DNA of 64,000 nt from Antechinus flavipes (taxonomy: Eukaryota): NCBI RefSeq assembly GCF_016432865.1, contig NC_067398.1, positions 717,588,001-717,652,000 on the forward strand. Reading direction: 5' to 3'. The first letter of the stretch is position 1. Each line of letters starts with the position of its first letter. Positions 23,432 through 36,960 of the stretch are shown in pieces. A program made the position numbers and the translations under genes. Below the pieces are notes generated by a model. That model was not told the origin of the DNA, did not search any database, and worked only from the letters and a program-made list of their open reading frames with translations.

Positions 23432-24184
23432 CTCTCACTCACTCACATTCTCTTTCTCCCAAAGATCAGGACAAGAGACCATTGATCTGAAGACTTCACC
23501 CAGGAGTTGCCCAGTTAACTTTGGGTCTCGGCCCTCAGGCTTGCTCTACTCCTGCTTGCTGCACGTTCCACATCGGCTTCAACGCTCTCCCGCCTCACTC
23601 CTCCCTACTTGCATCTGAAGCCCCTTCACCTAATCCCAAGCCCCAAAACCCACCGATCCCCCAAACATCCGGCCAGGGAAGAAAACCGTTTCTAATCTTC
23701 CACAGAGATCGAGACACTAAGAGCCAAGGCCGACAACGGTCTCTCCAGCCAAAGCTGGGGCTGTATGCGTCTTCATGAAGGAGGGATCTAATGCTTTGCA
23801 AGTTTAGACCCTGGAGGAATATGATTTCATATCGAAAAGAAACCAAACGAATTCACCTCGAGTGAGACGAAGCCCCATGCCCAGCCCCGGAGCCAAAGCC
23901 CGCCCTGTGTGAGCAAGACAGACGTTAGACATCCCGCCTGTCATGCTGTCCTAGCCACAGTCCACCTTTCCTGCCCGGCAGAACTCTGGGAAAGAATCCA
24001 TTCTGACGGCCAAGCTGCCCGGGCCCCCCTTGGCTACGAGGAAAAAGAGGGGAAGTTACCGGCCTCCTGGGGTGGGGGAGGGGGCCGCTCCTTGCCGCTG
24101 GCCTTCCAGGGTTCCAGATGCCCCAAAGGCTCGGGGCGAAAGCCCCATTCCCCCCGGCACAGTTCCCCCCTCTTGGCAGCTTCG

Positions 24185-24242
24185 CTTTGTGACTTCACCC
24201 GCTGAAGTCACTCCGGAGACAATGCCGAGCGTTCTACCTCCA
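24185..24242 (+). promoter_or_regulatory. TSSK2 proximal element: CRE-like TGACTTCA plus 37-bp core shared with TSSK1
   Basis: Identical to TSSK1 13391-13404 and 13407-13443. Function inferred. Confidence 0.6.
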
Positions 24243-24363
24243 GCCAAGGCCAGGCCCAGCCTGCTCAGAGGCCTCTCCCACAGTGTAAATGAGGACACTG
24301 TTGGCCCATGTGGGGAGGGGATGTAGATAACAGCGTCAAGAGGCATCGGTTGCTTCTGGCACC

Positions 24364-25443
24364 ATGGACGATGCCACAGTCCTAAGGAAGAAGGGTTACA
24401 TCGTTGGGATCAATTTGGGGAAAGGCTCTTATGCTAAAGTGAAATCCGCTTACTCTGAGCGCCTGAAATTCAATGTGGCGGTCAAGATCATCGACCGCAA
24501 AAAAACACCCACTGACTTTGTGGAGCGGTTCCTGCCCCGGGAGATGGACATCTTAGCTACGGTCAACCATCGCTCCATCATCAAGACCTACGAGATCTTC
24601 GAAACGTCCGATGGAAGGATCTACATCGTCATGGAGCTTGGGGTCCAAGGGGACCTCCTGGAGTTCATTAAATGCCGGGGCGCCCTGCACGAGGACGTGG
24701 CTCGCAAGATGTTCCGCCAGCTCTCCTCGGCCGTCAAGTACTGCCACGACCTGGACGTCGTCCACCGCGACCTCAAGTGCGAGAACCTCCTGCTCGACAA
24801 AGACTTCAACATCAAGCTGTCGGACTTCGGGTTCTCCAAGCGCTGCATACGGGATGGCAATGGGAGAATCATCCTCAGCAAGACCTTCTGCGGGTCGGCG
24901 GCCTACGCGGCCCCCGAGGTGCTCCAGGGCATCCCCTACCAGCCCAAGGTGTACGACATCTGGAGCCTGGGCGTGATTCTCTACATCATGGTCTGCGGCG
25001 CCATGCCGTACGACGACTCCGACATCAAGAAGATGCTGCGCATCCAGAAGGAGCACCGCGTGGACTTCCCCCGCTCCAAGAACCTGACGGGCGAATGCAA
25101 GGACCTCATCTACCGCATCCTACAGCCCGACGTCAATCGGCGGCTGCACATCGACGAGATCCTCAGCCACACCTGGATGCAGCCGCCCAAGCCCAGAGTC
25201 ACACCCTCAGCCTCCTTCAAGCGGGAGGGGGAGGGGAAGTACAGGTCTGAGTATAAGCAGCTGGACTCGAGGACGGCCGCCAAGCAGGAACACAGACCCG
25301 ATCACAAGCTGGGAGCCAAGACTCAGCACAGGCTGCTGGTGGTCCCCGAGAACGAGGAGACCAAGCCTGAAGAACGGCTGGCTGAGACGTCCAAGACCAA
25401 AGACCATCCGCCAGGATCTGAGGTGGGGAAAGCTCATGGCTAA
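24364..25443 (+). CDS. TSSK2: Testis-specific serine/threonine kinase 2 (intronless, 359 aa)
   Basis: [27 protein letters not shown]...; complete kinase domain; C-tail [10 protein letters not shown]...[21 protein letters not shown] matches TSSK2; Kozak CACCATGG. Confidence 0.98.
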   Translation: MDDATVLRKKGYIVGINLGKGSYAKVKSAYSERLKFNVAVKIIDRKKTPTDFVERFLPREMDILATVNHRSIIKTYEIFETSDGRIYIVMELGVQGDLLEFIKCRGALHEDVARKMFRQLSSAVKYCHDLDVVHRDLKCENLLLDKDFNIKLSDFGFSKRCIRDGNGRIILSKTFCGSAAYAAPEVLQGIPYQPKVYDIWSLGVILYIMVCGAMPYDDSDIKKMLRIQKEHRVDFPRSKNLTGECKDLIYRILQPDVNRRLHIDEILSHTWMQPPKPRVTPSASFKREGEGKYRSEYKQLDSRTAAKQEHRPDHKLGAKTQHRLLVVPENEETKPEERLAETSKTKDHPPGSEVGKAHG

Positions 25444-25645
25444 AGGTGGCCGGCCGTCTTGCCCCTCTCCCCCAAGGTAGTCTCTGTCACGTAGCTTCCA
25501 TACAAGTAGCTAAGTGGGCAGGTGGGAGCAGAAGAAGGCACGGGGTGCAAGCAAAAAGTAAAATCTCTCAATTAAACCACTATTTTGATTACGTTCTATA
25601 GCTTTCTTCCCACTCAGTAGCGGAAATACTACTTGCTAATCACCA

Positions 25646-25651
25646 AATAAA
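25646..25651 (+). terminator. TSSK2 polyadenylation signal
   Basis: AATAAA ~200 nt after the stop; an upstream ATTAAA lies at 25571-25576. Confidence 0.65.
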
Positions 25652-26626
25652 TCACAAAGTCTATACAAGTGCAAACAATGCCCCGTGAGGAGTCTTTTTC
25701 TCTAGGACGTGGCGGCAGGGCCAAGGGGCCTCACCGCCCTTCCCAAGGTGGGACCGGGGCGGGGGTCTGCTCAGACAGGGTCCGGGGGGCAAGAGGAGCC
25801 TGCCGAGGTCGGCGAAGGCAGGTGTCTCTTCAACCAGGGCGCTCCCCGGGGCAGGTCCCAGGCTGGGTGGATTCCAGTGGTTCCCACCGCAATCCCTGCC
25901 CTAGGCATCTCGGTATGCCGCCCCAACTCAAGTCTCCCACGCCAATGTGCCTGGGAGATGCTCCCGGCATCAAACCAACTTCATCAGCTTCCCCCCAAAA
26001 CTCCCCTCCCTTCCAGCATTTGGCTCAATTCAATAAGCTATTTATTAATGAAGGCCCCGGTATGTTATGGACCAGGAGTCAGCAGACCCGAGTTCAAATC
26101 CAGCCTAGAACACTAAATTACAAGACAATTAAGTTACTTTCGGGCCTTCTGTCTTCCCTATCAGTAAAACAGGGACGATACTTATCTCACAGTCTGAGAC
26201 ACTATGCTGACACTTAAATGAGATGCTGTACATATAGCATTTTGGAAGCTTGACTAGGCTGGATAAATGAGAGTTATCATTACCTACTAGGAGAATAAGA
26301 CACAGGTTAAAACAAAAAGGTGTGATAGGTCAATTGTGAAAGGACCCAAGAAAATGGCCTGACGTGGTGCTGCAGGGGCAAGTCAGGGGATGGAGCTACT
26401 TTCAGTTAGGGAAATCCGGGGTACCGCCTCCAAAAGATCAGGAGGAGAGAGGGGCCTGGAGGGTAAAGGAAACGGGGTTTGGGTCTGTAGAGGTAAAGAG
26501 AAGGCAATCTGCAATGGCGGAAGGGAGGCACCAATCCCATTTCCTCCCTACCACCTCCTCAAACACCAGATCTGCCCCTCTATTTCAGGCTTCCATCACT
26601 TCCCACCCGACCCTGCACATACTGAC

Positions 26627-29600
26627 ATGAGAACCTTCCTCATGCACCACACAGAGCAGGGGCCTCCTCATCCTGTACAGAGTGATTAGAACCTTCCTCA
26701 TGCACCATGCAGAACAGGGGCCTTCTACATCCTGTACAATGATGAGGACCTTCCTTGTGCACCATGTAGAGCAGGGGCCTTTTACATTCCATACAGCGAT
26801 GAGAACCTTCCTTGTGCACTATGCAGAGCAGGGGCCTCCTAAATCCTGTACAGAGTAATGAGAACCTTCCTTGTGCACCATGCAGAGCAGGGGCCTCCTA
26901 CATCCTGTACAGTTTTGAGAACCTTCCTTGTGCACCATGCAGAGCAGGGGCCTTCTACATCCTGTACAATGATGAGGACCTTCCTTGTGCACCATGTAGA
27001 GCAGGGGCCTTTTACATTCCATACAGCGATGAGAACCTTCCTTGTGCACTATGCAGAGCAGGGGCCTCCTAAATCCTGTACAGAGTAATGAGAACCTTCC
27101 TTGTGCACCATGCAGAGCAGGGGCCTCCTACATCCTGTACAGTTTTGAGAACCTTCCTTGTGCACCATGCAGAGCAGGGGCCTACTACATCCTATACAGA
27201 GTGATGAGAACCTTCCTTGTGCACTAAGCAGAGCAGGGGCCTCCTAAATCCTGTACAGAGTGATGAGAACCAACCTTGTGCACCATGCAGAGCAGTGGCC
27301 TTCTACAGCCTATACAGAGTGATGAGAACCTTCCTTGTGCACCATGCAGAGCAGGGACCTTCTACATTCTGTACAGCGATGAAAACCTTTCTTGTGCACC
27401 ATGCAGAGCAGTGGCCTTCTACAGCCTATACAGAGTGATGAGAACCTTCCTTGTGCACCACACAGAGCAGGGGCTTCCTCATCCTGTACAGAGTGATGAG
27501 AACCTTCCTCATGCACCATGCAGGGCAGGGGCCTCCTACATCCTGTACAATGATGAGAATCTTCCTTGTGCACCATGCAGAGCAGGGGCCTTTTACATTC
27601 TGTACAGCGATGAGAACCTTCCTTGTGCACTATGCAGAGCAGGGGCCCCCTAAATCCTGTACAGAGTAATGAGAACCTTCCTTATGCACCATGCAGAGGA
27701 GGGGCCTCCTACATCCTGCACACAGTGATAAGAACCTTCCTTGTGCACCATGCAGAGCAGGGGCCTCCTACATCCTTTACACAGTGATGAGAACCTTCCT
27801 TGTGCACCATGCAGAGCAGGGGCCTCCTACATCCTGTACAGAGTGATGAAAACATTCCTCGTGCACCATGCAGAACAGGGGCCTTCTACATCCTGTACAA
27901 TGATGAGAATCTTCCTCGTGCATCACACAGAGTAGGGGCCTTCTACATCCTATACACAGTGATGAGAACCTTCCTTGTGCACCACACAGAGCAGGGGCCT
28001 CCTCATCCTGTACAGAGTGATGAGAACCTTCCTCATGCACCATGCAGAGCAGGGGCCTTCTACATTCTGTACAGCAATGAAAACCTTTCTTGTGCACCAT
28101 GCAGCAGGGGCCTCCTATATCCTATACAGAATTGTGAGAACCTTCCTTGAGAACCATGCAGAGGAGGGGCCTCCTACATCCTGTAGAGAGTGATGAGAAC
28201 ATTCCTCGTGCATCACACAGAGCAGGGGCCATCTACATCCTATACAGAGTGATAACCTTCCTCATGCACCACACAGAGCAGGGGCCTCCTACATCCTATA
28301 CACAGTGATGAGAACCTTCCTAGTGCACCATGCAGAACAGGGGCCTTCTACATTCTGTACAGCGATGAGAACCTTTCTTGTGCACCATGCAGAGCAGGGG
28401 CTTCCTAAATCCTATACAGAGTAATGAGAATCTTCCTTGTGCACCATGCAGAGCAGGGGCCTCCTACATCATGTACACAGTGATGAGAACCTTCCTCGTT
28501 CACCATGCAGAGCAGGGGCCTTCTACATCCTATACAGAGTGATGAGAACCTTCCTTGTGCACCATGCAGAGCAGGGGCCTCCTACATCCTGTACAGTGAT
28601 GAGAACCTTCCTAGTGCACCATGCAGAGCAGGGGCCTCCTACATCCTGTACAGAGTGATGAGAACCTTCCTTGTGCAACATGCAGAGCAGGGGCTTCCTA
28701 CATCCTGTACAGAGTGATGAGAACCTTCCTAGTGCACCATGCAGAGCAGGGGCCTCCTACATCCTGTACAGAGTGATGAGAACCTTCCTAGTGTACCATG
28801 CAGAGCAGGGGCTTCCTACATCCTGTACAGAGTGATGAGAACCTTCCTTGTGCACCATGCAGAGCAGGGGCCTTCTACATCCTGTACAGAGTGATGAGAA
28901 CCTTCCTTGTGCACCATGCAGAGCAGGGGCCTTCTACATCCTATACAGAATGATGAGAACCTTCCTTGTGCACCATGCAGAGCAGGGGCCTTCTACATCC
29001 TGTACAGAGTGATGAGAACCTTCCTTGTATACCATGCAGAGCAGGGACCTCCTACATCCTGTACAGAGTGATGAGAACCTTCCTTGTGCATCACAAAGAG
29101 CAGGGGCCTTCTACGTCCTGCATATAGTGAGGAGAACCTTCCTTGTGCACCATGCAAAGCAGGGGCCTCCCACATTCTGTACAGTGATGAGAACCTTCCT
29201 TATGCACTATGCAGAGCAGGGGCCTCCAACATCCTGTACAATGATAAGAATCTTCCTTGTGTACCATGCTGAGCAGGGGCCTTCTACATTCTATACAGCG
29301 ATGAGAACCTTTCTTGTGCACCATGCAGAGCAGGGGCCTCCTATATCCTGTACAGAGTGATGAGAACCTTCCTTGTGCATCACACAGAGCAGGGGCCTTC
29401 TACATCCTGTATGTAGTGTTGAGAATCTTCCTTGTGCACCATGAAGAGCAAGGGCCTTCTACATTCTATACAGTGATGAGAACCTTTCTTGTGCATCACA
29501 CAGAGCAGGGGCCTTCTACATCCTGTATATAGTGATGAGCACCTTCCTTGTACACTATGCAGAGCAGGGGCCTTCTACATCTTGTACAGAGTGATGAGAA

Positions 29601-29748
29601 CCTTCCTTATGCACCATGCAGAGCAGGGACCTCCTACATCCTGCACAATGATGAAAATCTTCCTTGTGCACCATGCAGAGCAAGGGCCTCCTACATCCTA
29701 TACAGTGATGAGAACCTTCCTTGTGCACCACGCAGAGCAGGGACCTCC
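26627..29748. repeat. Minisatellite/VNTR, 57-59-bp unit, ~53 copies
   Basis: Consensus GATGAGAACCTTCCTTGTGCACCATGCAGAGCAGGGGCCTCCTACATCCTGTACAGAGT; accounts for all repetitive ORFs at 26.6-29.8 kb. Confidence 0.97.
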
Positions 29749-30423
29749 CTGTCTCTAAGCCCTTCATGGATCCCTGTTGGTGACTTAATACCGTGTCCCA
29801 CAGGGAATATCTTTCCCTTGTCTAAACCAAATCTCATCTGTACTTCCAAATCTAGCTCAGTAGCCCCCTCCTCCAGTCTTTCCTGACCACAGAACTGGAC
29901 AGCTTCCCACCCTTCTCTAAATATATTATCTACTTCCTTTCTATTCCTCTCACTTAATAGCAAATGAAATCACAAATTTAGGAAGGAGGAGGACTTTAGA
30001 AACCATACTGGTCAAACTCTTCATACAAAAGGGTAAAATAAAAACCTGAAGTGGGGAGATTTTCCCCAGGTCACCCAGAGAATAAATAGCAGTCAGAATT
30101 CAAATTCAGACCCAGATTCTAAGTGTACTCTTCCTCAATGATATCTGTGTATGTCTTTCTATCCCCTTTACTGCTTTATTCATCATCCCCATAAATAGTC
30201 ATTGACTGACGATTAGATATGCCCAGTAAAGAAATGAATTCTTAATAATTCCCTTTCCCCGGCCCCAATCTCTCCCCCAAGAGCCCACAGCACCAGGGGA
30301 ACCAGTGCCCTCAACCCCAAAGACCTTCTGTGGCAGCTACTGCTGTAGCAAAACTGGGAACACCTCCTTTACTCTTCTTCCAGCAGTTAACTCTGCTGGT
30401 CTAAGACACCTGAGGATGGCCCT

Positions 30424-30510
30424 GGCTGAAGTGTGGACAAACGCTGGTGGTCACTGGCTGAAGTTTGGACTAACACTGGTTGTCACCGGCTGAAGTGTGG
30501 ACAAAGGCAA
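30424..30510. repeat. 32-bp tandem repeat, ~2.7 copies
   Basis: GGCTGAAGTGTGGACAAAC... at 30424, 30456 and 30488. Confidence 0.8.
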
Positions 30511-32449
30511 GGTGGCTGGTCTCTGTTTACATGGTCAGGAGGCCTGGGTTAACACTGCACTTACTTAAGCAGTCACTGCTCCCTCTGGGCTTTAGCTTTC
30601 CCTCTTCAAAATGAGGATGACAGTAATTGCTCATCTAAATGAGGTAGGGGGTTCCCCCTTTCCCAGAAGTCTCCAAACAGCAGCTGGTTGTCCAACAGCT
30701 GGTGTGCTGTCAGGTCGGGGAGGGGCCATTGGTCACTTACGGTTTGGAGGTTTTAGACAGTGGAATATAAAACTGAGGCCACAGAATGTCTGTCTTCAAG
30801 CATTTAGGAGGTTATCAGCAGGCGATTCTGGCCTTGTTCTGCCTGCCTCCAAAGGGTAAACTATGAGCAACGGGGGAAGGGGAGGGGGAACACAAAGAGA
30901 CATATTTAGGCTTGAGGCAAGGAATAGCCTAACAATACCCACAAAGCAACGGGGGCTGCCTGCCTCCAGAAGCAGTGGCTACATCTTTACTGGAGGTCTT
31001 CAAGCAAGGACTGAGGGACCAATCGTTTCAAGTCTGGGATGCTAGAGGGGATTTCAGCTCAGGGAAGAATGGACTAAGTCTCCTCTCAGGTCCTTTCCAA
31101 CTTAGAGATTCTAAGATGACTATATTGATCTGAACTAGGAAAAAAAGCCCCTGCCTTTGGTCTCCATGGAGGCAGGGGTATGTCACGATGCTATGGTAAC
31201 CAGCCAGGAGAAAATGGACAGGGAGCACTTGGGAAGAACACTGAACTGGACAGCAGCTGACCCCTTCGAGGACTGGTTTATATCCTGAAAGTGCACCTCG
31301 CCCAAACTGGTCGTTGCACAAATGGACCGAGTGGGAAGCCTTGGTTCCAGCTCCAAGGCCATGGAGAATGCAAAGCCTATATAAGTTTGCCCAAAATATT
31401 GGAAAACAGGACAAAATAGGTCAAGACTGGTGGAAAGAGACCCAGTTCAAGTCCTGTCCGTGACCTTTATCAGTCACATGACCTTGAGCCAGCCCAGTCA
31501 ATTTTCAATCTGCTACTTCTCTGTACATTGGGGAGAACAATCACGCGCAGTCACAGAGATGCTGCGAGGAGAGAGGACCGACTTGTAGAAAAACACTGTA
31601 AAGCATAACTTGTGCTACGGGCGTGTGAAAACAAACCAGGACAGCTCAGAGGCTTTCTGGGCCAGAAGGGGCCGCTCTGGCAGCAGCTAAGGGACCATGC
31701 AGTCCAACCCAGGCCTCCCAAGAACCCCCTCAGCTCACCAGCTCCGCCGGGCACCTCTCCCCACTGACAGAACTCCCTGCAGGAAGCCTCCATCCACAGC
31801 CCCTGATCCTGCCCTCTGGGGCCAAGGAGAATGAGTCTCCTCCCTCTATCTGGGGGGCAGTCTTAATGACTGAAGAAAACAGGGTTTGCAGTCCCGGCTC
31901 TGACTCCTGAAGCCAGAGTGACAAAAGAATGAGAACCACTGCTTGGGCGCGAGGCTATCAAACCTGTTGCGGGCCCAGAGTGAGCCCGACTAAGGCACTC
32001 AGTGACCAAGGCAACGTCAGAAAAGATCTCAACAGGACAAGATAGGATCAGCGCAGCCTGTGCGGGGGCTCCTACGTGTAACTGCGCCGATACCGAACGG
32101 GAACAATGTTGTGAAGGTGAGGCTACTTTGGGCTGGGATCTCCCTTCCACGGGGCCTTCTGCTAAATCCCCGAGAAGAGGCCCAGGCTCTGGGACCTCAG
32201 CCATCACCACCCAAACGACCGTTCCACAGTTCCCAATCCCAGCCTTTCCTCCTCCCCACAGGCCCTTCTCAGGGACACGGGCTAAGGATTTATGGAAAAG
32301 GGAAGGGAGACTAAGAGAGGAGCCGAGGGTCAGGAGGAAGGACCCTAAGCCAGATCCAGGCCCTCCGGGCCTGCCCGGATCATGAGGCTGACCCGGAGGA
32401 GGGGAGGGGCCATGCAGCCAGACAGGGAAGCGCTGGTTCAGTTTTTCCT

Positions 32450-32455
32450 TTTAAT
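32450..32455 (-). terminator. Candidate proximal ESS2 poly(A) signal (ATTAAA)
   Basis: TTTAAT on + (ATTAAA on -), ~210 nt after the ESS2 stop. Confidence 0.45.
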
Positions 32456-32666
32456 GACAGCCGCGATTTTAGCTTGCATATAAAAGACTACGACCAAGTG
32501 CCCGACTCGTAGCTGGGTCCACATGTGGCCCCTCCACAGGGGGCCTTTCCATCCCACCTGACGAAGCGTCCTGCTGCCAAGGTGAGGAGTCAAGTCTGGC
32601 AGAGACCGAGCTGCCCAAGGCTCCCACAGCCAGGGCAGGCGGCCCGGGGCCCCCAGGGCCCGCTTC

Positions 32667-32943
32667 TCAGAAGAAATCCGAGGCTTTCCGTCTCTTGGGG
32701 AGCTGCAGCAGGTTGTCGGTGATGGAGGCGGGGTCCTGGGTGAGAGGAGTCCTTGTGGTAGTGCTGGGGGCGGGAGTGCCCGTGGGAGTCTGCGGGCCGC
32801 CGGCAGGCGTCTTGTAGCCAGGGTGGACGGGGGAGGGCGTGTAGCTGGCCCGCAGGGCCTTGTCGGTGTATTTGCTGGCGGTCCTGTTCACGAGGCGCTG
32901 CAGGGCCGGGGACATGGCTGGGCTCAGGCCTTTGGGGGTGAGG
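32667..32943 (-). CDS. ESS2: ESS2/DGCR14 exon 10 (last coding exon, includes TGA)
   Basis: CAG|C acceptor; LTPKGLSPAMSPALQRLVNRTASKYTDKALRASYTPSP...QDPASITDNLLQLPKRRKASDFF*. The ten exons sum to 1464 nt (487 aa + stop) with consistent phases. Confidence 0.96.
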
Positions 32944-33708
32944 CTGCAGCAGAGGGAAGGAGACGAGGGCAGACACTTAGGACATGGCTGGCAGGGCCTG
33001 GCTTAGAGATAAGCCCCCTCCCCGACGTCCCTCCTCCCCCCACGGCAGCTCTGCAAACGCAGGGACACGACCCCTTCTGGAAATGAAGGAGGCAGCACCA
33101 GCACAAGCGTGGGGGAGGTAAAGCGCGGCAGCGCCCAAGACCCGAGGGGGGGGTGTATGTCCTGCCATGTGATGGGCAGTAATGAGAGACCCCAACTTCC
33201 TAACCAGAGAAGGCTGGGGAGCCCTGGGGCAGGGGCAGAGGCTCTGGGGGCCCAAAGCTTCCTCCTGGTCAGAACCAAAGAGCCCCAGGAACACAGGCTC
33301 TGCCATGGGGCTCCCAGGGCACACGAGGCACCCATGCCATTCGAGGCTGCAGCACGGGCTGACCTCCTCTGTAAGTTATTGTTTTTTCTTTTCCCCTCTC
33401 AGTGGTAACAAACAGCTCACCAATAGATGAGACAAGAAGGAAAGATTCAGAAATTAATGTAGTATCCCCAAATTTAAAAGAAAGTTGGACTAAAACCTGG
33501 ATTTGAATCCTGCCTCCACCACTTGTTACCTGCAACCTGGGGCAAGTCCTTTGAGGTACCTGTACCTCAGTTTCCCCATTTGTAAAATGGGACAGTTGGG
33601 CTAGGGGATCTCTCACTCCCAGATCTAAGCTTAGCCATTCACATTCTCGCTGGTGGTCCCCCTCACCCGGCCTGACTCTGCCCCGAGCGGGGAGGGAGGG
33701 AGCCTCAC

Positions 33709-33824
33709 CTGGCCAGGTTCTCTGTGACTCTCCTCAGGGCCTCTTGTTTCTTGGCTCGGTTCTTGGCAGCAGCCTCCGTGGCCATCTTGAGCCCTAACCT
33801 CTCTCTGCGTCCGGGCTCCAGGAT
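33709..33824 (-). CDS. ESS2: ESS2 exon 9 (116 nt)
   Basis: CAG|ATC...GCC AG|GTGAGG; ILEPGRRERLGLKMATEAAAKNRAKKQEALRRVTENLA. Confidence 0.95.
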
Positions 33825-35455
33825 CTGAGGAGACAGTAGCTCAGGTCAGGGTCTGGGAAAGGTCACCAGGAAGCACATCTGCGGACTCGGCCCCCTCCCA
33901 GCATCATTTTGCCAACAGCCACAGCACATTCAGGCCCTGGATCACCCCAGGCTGGAGGCAGAGGAGATGGACACAATCAGCAGCCCGGGCATCACGGTCT
34001 GTGCCTAAGGGTCATTCGGTCAAACATCTCACCAACATGGTAAATGCCCCCCCCCCGCAAGTCTTTGGGGTGCGGGGAGCAGGGCCTGACACACACTCTG
34101 AGGATCTTCCAATTCACCTGCAGAACCAGTGCAGGGGGTGCTGGATCCCACCAAGACACTTCCTTCCTACCAGGATCTACCTGGCACTTTACGAGCATTA
34201 CCTCAGGGCATCACCTCAGGGCATCCTCCTGATCCCCGGGGAGGCAGGGAGAGGACCGATCTTGGACTTGAACTTGACTCAAGGTCTAGTGCTCTAACCC
34301 CTGTACCATCCAGCCCCTCTGCTGTCACCTATCGCTCACTTACCACCTCAAGGATCTCCCATCATCTTTATGAAAGCAATAAACTCACAGAACTTGTACC
34401 AAAAAGGAAGCCTTGGATCGCTTCTCAGGGCCTTCAGCCCAAGGGGCTCCGGGCCCCACGTCTGCACTAAGGGCCTTCTAGAGTCAGTGACTGGCACTTA
34501 GACTGTCGACACCTTGTATCTCAGACTCACTTCAACAATGCAGGACATCCCTGGGGCAGGGCCCCCTCGGCCACGCCACGCCGCGGCTCACTATGGCCCT
34601 AAGCCTTCCAGGCTCCGCAGCCAACACCTGGGGAGCAGCCCCCGGGCACTCAGAGCCATCCAGCCAGGAAGGCTCCATCCCTCCCCAACAGACTCTCCCG
34701 GACCTCGGGGTGACTTCCCCTCACAACACAGCAGACAAAGACTTTCCTGGAGGGCTCGTTGTGTCCGGCTCCTTCCCAGGAGCCCACTTCTCCCTTTCCC
34801 ATCCCTCACAATTGGCCTGTGCGTCCTCACTAGGTCTGGACACCCAACGCATCAGAACTCTTAGCTCTGGACTGGTACCACCTCCAGGTCTAGATTCAGG
34901 CCCACAGCATGTTCTACCTCTGAAAAGGGGCCTCTGGCACTAAGGAACAGCTACTGCGCCTTCTGGGAAGGTGCCTCTGAACCCATCAGGAGCCCAGGGA
35001 GCAAAGGCAGGAGGGTCCAACACAGTGACCACAACCTTGTCCAAAGCCCCATCGATCCAGGGCCCAGGCCTGGCTCCCAAAGACCCCAAAACTAAAGGCA
35101 GCTGGGAGAGTCTCAGAGAGCTGGTCAGACAGAGGCTCTTGGGCACTGGGCAAGGAGCCTCCATAGACGGCCGCACCGGGCCGGGCCTCCACGCCGGGCC
35201 AGGCCTCCACGCCTCCCACATGTTCGGTGGCCATGGGCTCTGGAGGCCTGGAAGCACAGAGGGCGAGGGAGGTGTGCTGCCCGAGGTGGCTCGGTGCCGG
35301 AGCAGCAGATGCACTGACCAGGTTCTCCGGCTTCCAGTGCCTTTCTGCTACTGCCCAGCGTCTGGGGCAGGGAGGTCAGGCTGGCCAGAACTTTTCTTCT
35401 AGGGAAGAGCACACCCATGGGCCCACACGCGTACCCACACACACACAAAATATAC

Positions 35456-35565
35456 CTTGAAGGCTGGTCCCGGAGTTCGGTCCACATACGGCGTTTCTGA
35501 CCCATCAATTCGCAAGGGGGTACTCTCAACCTCCCCCCATGTCATCATGGGAGATTCATTCACAC
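35456..35565 (-). CDS. ESS2: ESS2 exon 8 (110 nt)
   Basis: TAG|GT...AAG|GTATAT; VNESPMMTWGEVESTPLRIDGSETPYVDRTPGPAFK. Confidence 0.95.
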
Positions 35566-36033
35566 CTAGACAAGAGACCAAAGGCGGGTCAGTGAAAAGT
35601 AGCCGGGGGAGGCAAAATTATGCAAAAGTTAAGGAAAGGGCTGGGAAGCACTACTACCCTAGCCCTCACCTCTCCTCTGCCCTCCCCCCACCCCGAGCCA
35701 GGGCTCCACCTGCCCAGGAAGCCCAGGCCCCAAGGGGGACCGGCCTTGAGGCACAGTCTCTTGCTCCTGCCCGAGCACTGACCCCATGAGCCCAAAAGGC
35801 TGCACCAGTAGTCGGAGCCCGGCCTGTCAGGGCCTAAGGCACCTGCAGGCTCATCCGAGCTTCCCGGCTCCCTCCGAAATGTGAGCAGAGACTGACTCCA
35901 GGCGCTCGGGAATGTACCGAGAAGAGATGATAGGACAGGATGAGGAAGAGAGAGCTGGGTGCAAACCTATCCGAGTTTTCCTTACTCACAGCCTGAGGGC
36001 TGCCGGCAGAAGAAATACAGTTCAATGGAGTTC

Positions 36034-36065
<32 letters not shown>

Positions 36066-36960
36066 GAAAAACACCAACAACTCCCCCAAATTCATAGGCA
36101 GAAGGAACTATTATAATCCATTTCAATTACACGATCAATACTTGTGATCAGTATCAGAGACTATCATTATCCCTATAATTAGAAGGAAAGCCCTTGAGAG
36201 CAGACTTAGAACAGTACTAGGTACACATGAAGCATTTAATAAATGCTTTTTTCATCCCTCCATAAACACAACTGTTTCAGTCAGCCACAGGACGTGCCCC
36301 TCACGTGTGGAGGGAAGCCCAGGATCTCCGGACACTGCTGCAAAGTCCACACCCCAGCAGGTGGGATCAAACCGTGGCCTTTCGGGGCAGGCCCGGCCAG
36401 AGATGACGGCTGCTTTCCAAGGCCAAGGACAGGAGGACTCACGGCCAGGAGGACGAACAAAGACCAAAGGAATGGCTGCGGTAGCTGCTACCAAACCCCA
36501 GATGTCCAGTGACCTGTCCCGCCAACCTGACCAGCCTCACTATATAAACCAAGCAAAGAAAGTCGCGGCCAAAGGGGCTTCCTTAGAAGGACAACAGAGC
36601 TCACGGACAAGGTTTGCAAAGATAAGAAACTCCTCAGCTGGGCCAATATCAGCTCTGAGGAGGGAAGGGAAGCCATTGCTGGCAAGCACGGACCCCAGTG
36701 TCCCAGGAAGTCACCCATGACACTATGTCCACCTGGGCAAAAGGGGGAAGGTGAAACTTGCCAGTGACTTTGGGCACAGTAACCTTATGGGCAAGGGGCC
36801 ACCACATCCCCTGCAGCTCTACAAAGATCCGAGGGGGGCAAGGATGGCGGGAGAAGAGATCAAAGACCTGGGCTCACAAAAGCGCTTCAGGCTGGTTTCT
36901 TCCCCAGAACTCACAAGGTGCTGAGAAGCACGAGGGAAGGTTACAAACAATGGGAACCAA

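Noticed and set aside
26627-29748. Box C-like GTGATGA in most VNTR units (possible tandem snoRNA array) and many repetitive ORFs
   Set aside because: No box D (CTGA) or terminal stem in the unit; 59 bp is not a multiple of three and frames close constantly. Not CRISPR-like either: there are no unique spacers.
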